Positions 19,801-25,176 of a stretch of DNA of 28,084 nucleotides are shown here, one piece after another. The notes beneath the pieces are model-generated. The model had not been told where the DNA came from. It saw only the letters and a list, made by a program, of their open reading frames with translations, and ran no database searches. The stretch covers positions 1-28,084 of IMG/VR virus record IMGVR_UViG_3300037991_004938; one strand, 5' to 3'. This stretch comes from a virus (lineage: Duplodnaviria > Caudoviricetes). The stretch's first letter is position 1. Each line of letters begins with the position of its first letter. The position numbers were made by a program, and so were the translations under genes.

Positions 19801-22800
19801 ATATGCAGGAACTAAAATAAAATCTTTAGATTATAATTTCTTTACTCCTTCAGGATCAATAGGACCAGAAATTGAATTACCTATAATGCCTGTAAATAGA
19901 AGTAGAAATCCAGTTGGATTTAGAGTAGCAAATGAGTTTATAGATGGCTCAGTTACTTCATCATTTGAACAAACTACAGAAGGAGCAGGATCTGCAAGTT
20001 GGGCTGGAGACGATCCAGTACCAAGTGGTAGTTCAGCAATTGATAAACATCCAATGTTTATGGCTCGTTTTGAAAATTCATATGAACAATTAAACTTTTA
20101 TAATTCATATCAATTTAATATTGACCAGTTAATTGAAGTTCCAATGGAAGATATTTCAGGACAAGCTTTAACTCCTAATGCTATTACAATAGATGGATCT
20201 AATCAAAATAAAAAATTCGTTTCATCTGTATTTGAACCAAAAAGAAAAGCCCAGATAAGTTATCTAAATCCAAAAACACGAGATATTGATTATACTACAA
20301 TGCAAATAGGTAATTACGATATTTTAGGAGGATCTGTAGAATTTTTAACTGTAAATACAAATGCAACAAGTAGAGTATCAGGATCATTATTATATAATTA
20401 TACAAGAGGAGGTCAATTAGTTACAAGTAGTTTAACTCAAGATCAAGGAACAATACAAATGGTTACTGGTAGTAATATAGTAGGAGATCCTGCAACAGAG
20501 GGAAGATTAGATACTTCAACTACATTAGCTTATGTTAATGGTTTTTCTAACACAGGATTATCATTTCCTTCATTCCCAATAACAACAAATTTAGGTGATG
20601 GTACTTATACGTACTCTTTAGGTTCAAATGGAGGACCAGGAAGTGGAGGTCAAATAGAAATAGTAGTTCTTGGTGGTGAAATAAAAGCGAATTCAGGTGG
20701 TACTAACTCTGGTGATGTTGTAACTAGTGGAGTAGGATATATTGTAGGCCAAACTGTACGAATATCCTTTAAAAATACTACAACAGAGATATTTACTTTA
20801 ACTTTTCAAGTTCAAAGTTCTAATTTATTATCTAATCCTAATAGTGTAACCTCTAAAGGATTTTTACTAAGTGGTAGTGTAACAACAGGTAATGTTCCTC
20901 CAATTGGTAATTCAACACTAAAATTCCAAACTGATGTTTTAGGAGCAGGCCAACCAGGTGGTACTCAAGAAGCAGGAACTATAAGAAATGTACCTGTAGA
21001 TAATCTTAATGTAGCTAGAACAGCTACAACTACACAGGGATCAGGATTAACAGTTGATATTACTTCTAATGGTACAGCTGTAACATCAATGGTAGTTAAC
21101 CAACGCGGACAAGGATATAATCCTGGTGATACATTTACAGTTAGAGCATCAAATATAAACTCAGTAGGTGGACAATTTGGTACTAATAGACAACCTGTAT
21201 TTTTTGGAGCTTCAGATTTTGTAAGTGCTACAATAACAGATGATATGCTTGAAGGTGGAAATTCACCATTTAGGTTAAATTTTAACCCATCTCCAATTTC
21301 ATCATCATTAATAACATCATCACTTGGAAATGCTTTAGAAACTGTTCCATTAAACCAACAATTAATAATAGGAGGACCTCAGTTAGCATTGTTCCATATG
21401 TACAATACAACAGTGTCATCTTCATTATTCCAAACTAACCCAGTACCTTCGGATTTAAATGTAGGACCAACAACAGCTCTTTGGACAGTTTCAGGATCAA
21501 ATCCTGCTAATGCAGAAAATTATTATAATTTCTCTCCAGAATTTTCGGGATGTGGTAGTTATACTAATACTAATACTCCTTACTTAATTGAAAGAGGAGA
21601 TATTTTAAGAGTAGAAGCTACGTTAAATACTATTGAAGGTGGAGTATCACAATCAACAAATGTTGTTAAAGACTTTACTGTTGAAGAAGTAGAAAATTTC
21701 ACTTACACTTCATCATTCAGTGCAGCAAACAATTTCTCAAATTTAAAAACAACAGCTCTTACAAGTGCAGGAGGTGAAATTACAGTAGATTCACAAGGTG
21801 GCCCTTCAGCTGATAACACATATACAGACGTTACTGCTCAATTTGGATCAGGTTATACTGTAACTAGAGATAGTGTAGTTATTGACACAGCATTAGGAGC
21901 AGTATTTACTATTATATCTAGTGGTAATAACTTTACTAGCATACAAGCTACTACCCCAGGAGTAGGATATGAAGCAGGTGATGTACTTACTTTTGCAGCA
22001 GATGCTATTTATACAGGTTCACCAACTTGGACTATTACTTTAAATGCTAGTGCTTTTGATGCTAATATTTTTGGTGAAGTAAGAACACTTGGATTTGAAG
22101 CAGCATATAATGGGGCTTTTGCAAATACTAATACAAAAGGATCAGTTACACCAACTTCTGGACTTGGAGGTTTAGATGGTGTTACTAGAGAATTTAAATA
22201 CGAAATTAATACAGTACAAGGATCTCAGTTACTAATACTACTATCTAACACAACAGGATCAGTTACTAATGTAGGTGGAACAGTATCAGCCCAAGTAAAA
22301 TGTACAGTAGCAAATGGAATAGAAGAATGGATGTTTACAGGTGGAACTAATATACCAGAAGGTACTATGTTTGAAATTGCAGCAGCAACAGTTCAAAGTG
22401 CTACCACAGGTTGGGGTGATGGTAGTGCAACACAATTCCAATTCCAAATGATAAATGGATGTATTACTCAAATACCTAATGCAAATGACTTTACAATAGG
22501 TGTAGATGTAGGAGGTACAGCAGAGTCAGGATCACAATCAGGATATCATGATTATGAAAAAGGTGAAGTTGGATTTACAGCTCCAACATTTCTAAGAGTA
22601 TTCCCTGATCCTGAAGTAGAGTTAAATGGTTTAAAAGGAGGTGAGGTAACAAAAATGACAATTAGAAGACAAATTGAAGCTGATGATAAAGTAATGCTCA
22701 AAAATGTTCCACCACCATCAGGATCAAGAGGAATAGAAACTATATCAGGACAAGGTTTCTTGATACCAAATGATTTTTCACCACAACAAAAATTAAATGC

Positions 22801-22954
22801 TTTAAATATAATTAACCAATTAAAAGGAATAAACGCATTTGATAAGCCAAATGAACCAGGAATAACAGGTGGTGATTTTGATATTAGAAATGATAATAGA
22901 GGAGGTAGCCCTGGAGGCGGTGGTACAGGTGGAGGCCTTGGAGGAATTCAATAA
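13835..22954 (+). CDS. Giant baseplate protein (3039 aa), T4 gp7 / P2 gpI-like core with LamG-like domain and many inserted modules
   Basis: KRLYHN..YLVKKKGTISGLRQLINIWG and IKNYVPART are gpI/gp7-type signatures; WWSVLLQR...FSGSFQEFRYYSHDISES is LamG-like; position after gp25-gp6. Confidence 0.65.
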   Translation: MADNITYSSSVEIVTPGSIFEDGYELTNQTVIESQEYEGSFTPEVNTMEFYIYDANKNIIYSDYDFQGYYVESNSKPSSSFNVKTQQTEVKTNEVNLDPESDIAAQGFNNGMLYGVYNFINLELASSLSRPYYLAEISSDRTEIRLKSNLIPTREMKSSFVSLNQRIQDPSYFDEIYVSFGNNDYHIGVNMKYDDSVSNSSTQETGNVKSGNAVGQSSILIKLYDPLPNKFNLLDELYVCTKTAETQAYLVNFVNDFSQNVVDNIINLRGPNSNLKINEFVNGASDFQSKDSLLSTKSTGSKDQLLNRLAQKGVTLEVNYSTASFADYVNFSSAKSQVSNFVEKVSRIQAYEADIATITKTTGSNPGVPQISESLATLYTKIENEITAFSGFDYYQYYSTSSDAYPKTGSVFPLQLLPTQSTSAQDWIFLAEASASRYDEDNQNWLYYTIPDFIKNNTSNNNYLEFVNMIGQSFDELWMYTKAIAEKNNTTNQFDKGVPLQLADDVITSLGYTGYGNNYNNQDNFFALIGSNDGSYVPPTGSELITQYIAVNGPGGVINYWSDFYSFDNYVESLEDFGFPYPIDKVSKEIFKRLYHNMAYLVKKKGTISGLRQLINIWGIPSTILRINEFGGKNKDEIDDYDLWYRRYSYAFKPVPVNTHYASASFRAPWQPLTRNYIAETEYVVPDGIGFRFKTTGYPSSSYAGLFNTQSLFVKKSQTADTDVADFGIVLYYTGSVSGSGAGNTGPTYSGGSSSAYKDYGEMRFLISGSVAGGGTAISEPIYLPFFDKGWWSVLLQRDQHPNVTTKNLDTTYTLYAKNKIYDGADGNQIGFQGSASITVNASSGDSSSLNYAWNRFVATNDVAGGYLGGWGSTMASGESGSIGTVTKTAADSNIAIGLSGKNFSGSFQEFRYYSHDISESVFNDFVMNPESIEGNFITGSESSFDIVNFRAPLGNELENLFTASQTAGYTDVLTSVHPAITGSSPLTVTSSFINPANSTVTSSYDIIYNTNTARRTYSEINRETYFLDQPSIGIRNRVSNKIKYSTNLNFGNVLSNQVSIQQDPPISQSYTDNINLLEVAFSPTDEVNDDIIQSLGYGAIQEVIADPRFRSQSDYNYPGLQEIAKDYFKKYYNSNTFDYLRLIKYFDDSLFRAIKNYVPARTSVSTGIVIKQNMLERSRYREPQVDIVTTQSYAPFNQALTAKNLELTGSVNTNQLWDPVNQTTFYSASDPYTFSGGAGGSVNTYNTISEGGAFLITEGDNFTLTAGADPVSILESTPTTETSNNVVLVDSGFDEGTATSVLKFTVLGGGNATGNALYAISIEDYTGTTVSYAGVTNAALQDQVDNGFTCWLATGDAQSKALAFTQAVNSANGQGTGGSGTIVTSISTTTNTDDTVTLTQGIPGTAGNTVSPSIGISLASLVGNPGGTFSNVGGGTSRFEKVFLNALKSVQTPLYIDYLFTSAPTSANITIQASSSLRGVVMTNTTNYTAQDPAGAILESSLFDLHPGEDMYLLASSDETVTINTYTLALGESTTLIPDNDTPPQSQQGYFTFTTTSLGIDTAWDPYQEQFYNGEYSGSEVTVEARTPYNPYRKVKPNSTNFNNIINDNTRTYVSQSSPTTNGTVLALSIVTGGSGYTTGGPATTTFISGPSADIGVTPSGCTVGITAPIGVVTAVSIVAAGTNYLVGDILRINAGGLSATVQVTSIIPFSNITAQGFEFDNSSFSTNIRLSNLFSQSIIPYQNYELTFDITTTAHTGTNKAGINGFNTFIDSNGVTKSKRNGIGFLNPTIAGTTTGGATLTDADATIIGITGTGTAAITASFEGLNFTPVDGVNPNEYLGAMFDAQSGMVGTVSNLQLKGIGGLYDDPRAAIFFTQQDEGYNNQADYQNMSNVDAQGNTISPINLVENTQSVIYANSDYNPLSNNVTINRSSSYRYVLSYGATQSCPNNFDLVVTQSYFPTSPSGTFPERADVPDSNYTMPSSVNSRYAGTKIKSLDYNFFTPSGSIGPEIELPIMPVNRSRNPVGFRVANEFIDGSVTSSFEQTTEGAGSASWAGDDPVPSGSSAIDKHPMFMARFENSYEQLNFYNSYQFNIDQLIEVPMEDISGQALTPNAITIDGSNQNKKFVSSVFEPKRKAQISYLNPKTRDIDYTTMQIGNYDILGGSVEFLTVNTNATSRVSGSLLYNYTRGGQLVTSSLTQDQGTIQMVTGSNIVGDPATEGRLDTSTTLAYVNGFSNTGLSFPSFPITTNLGDGTYTYSLGSNGGPGSGGQIEIVVLGGEIKANSGGTNSGDVVTSGVGYIVGQTVRISFKNTTTEIFTLTFQVQSSNLLSNPNSVTSKGFLLSGSVTTGNVPPIGNSTLKFQTDVLGAGQPGGTQEAGTIRNVPVDNLNVARTATTTQGSGLTVDITSNGTAVTSMVVNQRGQGYNPGDTFTVRASNINSVGGQFGTNRQPVFFGASDFVSATITDDMLEGGNSPFRLNFNPSPISSSLITSSLGNALETVPLNQQLIIGGPQLALFHMYNTTVSSSLFQTNPVPSDLNVGPTTALWTVSGSNPANAENYYNFSPEFSGCGSYTNTNTPYLIERGDILRVEATLNTIEGGVSQSTNVVKDFTVEEVENFTYTSSFSAANNFSNLKTTALTSAGGEITVDSQGGPSADNTYTDVTAQFGSGYTVTRDSVVIDTALGAVFTIISSGNNFTSIQATTPGVGYEAGDVLTFAADAIYTGSPTWTITLNASAFDANIFGEVRTLGFEAAYNGAFANTNTKGSVTPTSGLGGLDGVTREFKYEINTVQGSQLLILLSNTTGSVTNVGGTVSAQVKCTVANGIEEWMFTGGTNIPEGTMFEIAAATVQSATTGWGDGSATQFQFQMINGCITQIPNANDFTIGVDVGGTAESGSQSGYHDYEKGEVGFTAPTFLRVFPDPEVELNGLKGGEVTKMTIRRQIEADDKVMLKNVPPPSGSRGIETISGQGFLIPNDFSPQQKLNALNIINQLKGINAFDKPNEPGITGGDFDIRNDNRGGSPGGGGTGGGLGGIQ

Positions 22955-22961
22955 AGAGAAT

Positions 22962-23004
22962 AATAACTTGGAATGAAAATTAAAAAATTATATATTTATA
23001 AATA
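22962..23004 (+). promoter_or_regulatory. Composite promoter region: AATAACTTGGA...TATATTTA overlapping ATATTTATAA
   Basis: TTG 22968-22970, then 20 nt, then TATATTTA (TAnnTTTG-like) at 22991; ATATTTATAA at 22992-23001; palindrome 22993-23004. Confidence 0.55.
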
Positions 23005-23017
23005 AAATAATACAGCA

Positions 23018-23713
23018 ATGGGATATTTAAATAATCAGGTAGTAACAGTAGATGCTATCTTAACTAAAAAAGGAAGAGAATTACTAGCAAAAGGTGATGG
23101 ATCTTTCAATATAACTCAGTTTGCTTTATCTGATGATGAAGTAGATTATACGTTATACAATCCAAACCATCCTTCAGGATCGGCTTACTATGGAGAAGCA
23201 ATTGAAAACATGCCTTTATTAGAGGCGTTTCCAGATGAAACACAAATGATGAAATATAAACTAGTTAGTTTAGCTAGAGGAACTTCAAAAATGCCTATTC
23301 TACAATTAGGTCAAACAAGTTTGAATATTGCTAATGGTGCCCCATTCACTATTACTCCAAACACAATTAACTATTTAGATGGTCAAACAACAGAACCATC
23401 TGGATACCAATTTACAATATCAGATATTAGAGTATTTGGTTCATTTGTAGGTAGTGGTATTAGTAATGCTGCTGCACAAGCTTTAGCTACTACAAATGCT
23501 CAAACAGTAATAACAAACGGAACAGCAACATCACAAACTGTTATTGGTTTAACTTGTAGTGGAAATGGAACGTCAGTTCCAACTTTATTTAGTACAACTA
23601 GTACTTTATATGCTACGTTAACAGTAATAGGATTAGATTCAGGAGCAAGAGCACAAATACCAGTATTTATTTCTAACAAATCAATTGCAACTCAAAGAGC
23701 TGCAGTATCTTAA
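23018..23713 (+). CDS. Baseplate/tail-fibre-base structural protein (231 aa)
   Basis: AILTKKGRELLAKG...ITQFALSD resembles the start of the gpH-type tail-collar fibre domain; Thr/Ser-rich beta-type C-terminal half. Confidence 0.6.
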   Translation: MGYLNNQVVTVDAILTKKGRELLAKGDGSFNITQFALSDDEVDYTLYNPNHPSGSAYYGEAIENMPLLEAFPDETQMMKYKLVSLARGTSKMPILQLGQTSLNIANGAPFTITPNTINYLDGQTTEPSGYQFTISDIRVFGSFVGSGISNAAAQALATTNAQTVITNGTATSQTVIGLTCSGNGTSVPTLFSTTSTLYATLTVIGLDSGARAQIPVFISNKSIATQRAAVS

Positions 23714-23725
23714 TAAAATATAATT

Positions 23726-25171
23726 ATGGCAAGACCTTCAAATAGACTACAAGCACAAAGAGCAGGAGCTCAACCTAATTACACTAGAGTAGCGGGTAAT
23801 ATGGGTACTTCAAATAATGTAACGTCGTTACCTGCAGCAAGTTCACAAGGAGGCGCTTACGTAATACTATCAGCAGGAGATGTAGTCGTTAGTAACGACT
23901 CAGTAACTGCACCAATGTGGAGTTCAAATAACCCTACACTAAACTATTTTTACACTTCATCAACACAAGTATCAAGTAATGTACAAGAATATTATACATC
24001 AGTATTTCAAACAGCTTCAACAGAAGTATCTGCTGAAATACAATTTGATATAGCTTACTGTGATCAAGTAGGTAGTGGAAGTCAATTTTTAAATAATTTA
24101 GTAACAGGATCAACTCCAACTAGAACAAATTATGGTCAATATAGGAATTTAGTATTTGGAGATGAAAATGCTGCATTTATATTTAGTGGAGTTACTTCAT
24201 CAATGTTCTATGCTTTACCAATTGAAAGAGCAAGATATAAACAAACATCATTACCAGGAACTTGGACAATGTATATTTCTGGATCCGATAGTACATTAAA
24301 TACTACAGTTGATGTAAAAGCTGCAGTTATATCAACTCCATCAGGTATGTCAGCTGCTACTTATAATAACGTATCTTTAACAGGAGGTAGTGGTACAAAT
24401 GCAAGAGCAGACATTATTGTTGCTTCAGCTACAACATTTACTTCTATTATATTTGATCAAGGATCAGGTTATAAAGCAGGAGATATATTAACAATTGCAG
24501 CAGCAGATATAGGAGGTGGTTCAGCAGTTGATGTTGAAATTAGATTAGATGCTCCATTATGTTTTAATGGTGGTTCTATTATATCATTAACAGATGATAG
24601 TAAATTATCTTCAACAACACAGTTTTGTGATGCAGGAAGAATATATCAAATAGTTTCAGGTTCAGCAGGTGTATTAGGAGGCAATCTTAAAAATGTAAAT
24701 GGTTACACACAAGCATCAGGATCATATGGTTATTTACTACCAGATATTAATACTTTAATTTTAAATGGAGAAGCTTTAAATAGTGTTCCAGAAGGTGGAG
24801 GTATTAACTTAGATATAAGTAGATCATTTGATACAAAAGGTAATAATTCACTTAATTTAGTAGATGCATTACAAAGAGCTGGTAATCAAAGTTTAGGATT
24901 TACAATCAATTCACAAGAGGATTTATCGTCTGATTATATATTCTGTAGAGCTAAAAACTCAGAATATAATTATTCATCTAATCCTTCATTTATATCAAGT
25001 TCTACAGGAGCAGTTTTATTTAATGAATTTGTTGAAAACCCTACAACATATATAACAACAGTAGGTTTATATAACATTTCACAAGAATTATTAGCAGTAG
25101 CTAAGTTATCTAGACCACTAGAAAAGAATTTTACTAAAGAATTACTTGTAAGAGTTAAATTAGATTTCTAG
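23726..25171 (+). CDS. Virion structural protein (481 aa), paralogous to the next gene
   Basis: C-terminal C.....EYNYSSNPS...YITTVGLYN...ELLAVAKLSRPL domain; one GSGYKAGD module insert at about 24295-24565. Confidence 0.7.
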   Translation: MARPSNRLQAQRAGAQPNYTRVAGNMGTSNNVTSLPAASSQGGAYVILSAGDVVVSNDSVTAPMWSSNNPTLNYFYTSSTQVSSNVQEYYTSVFQTASTEVSAEIQFDIAYCDQVGSGSQFLNNLVTGSTPTRTNYGQYRNLVFGDENAAFIFSGVTSSMFYALPIERARYKQTSLPGTWTMYISGSDSTLNTTVDVKAAVISTPSGMSAATYNNVSLTGGSGTNARADIIVASATTFTSIIFDQGSGYKAGDILTIAAADIGGGSAVDVEIRLDAPLCFNGGSIISLTDDSKLSSTTQFCDAGRIYQIVSGSAGVLGGNLKNVNGYTQASGSYGYLLPDINTLILNGEALNSVPEGGGINLDISRSFDTKGNNSLNLVDALQRAGNQSLGFTINSQEDLSSDYIFCRAKNSEYNYSSNPSFISSSTGAVLFNEFVENPTTYITTVGLYNISQELLAVAKLSRPLEKNFTKELLVRVKLDF

Positions 25172-25176
25172 GATGG

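Noticed and set aside
13645-24119. Short minus-strand ORFs at 13645-13890, 15954-16166, 22286-22471 and 23934-24119
   Set aside because: All lie opposite long + strand genes and have Leu/Tyr/Cys-rich shadow composition.
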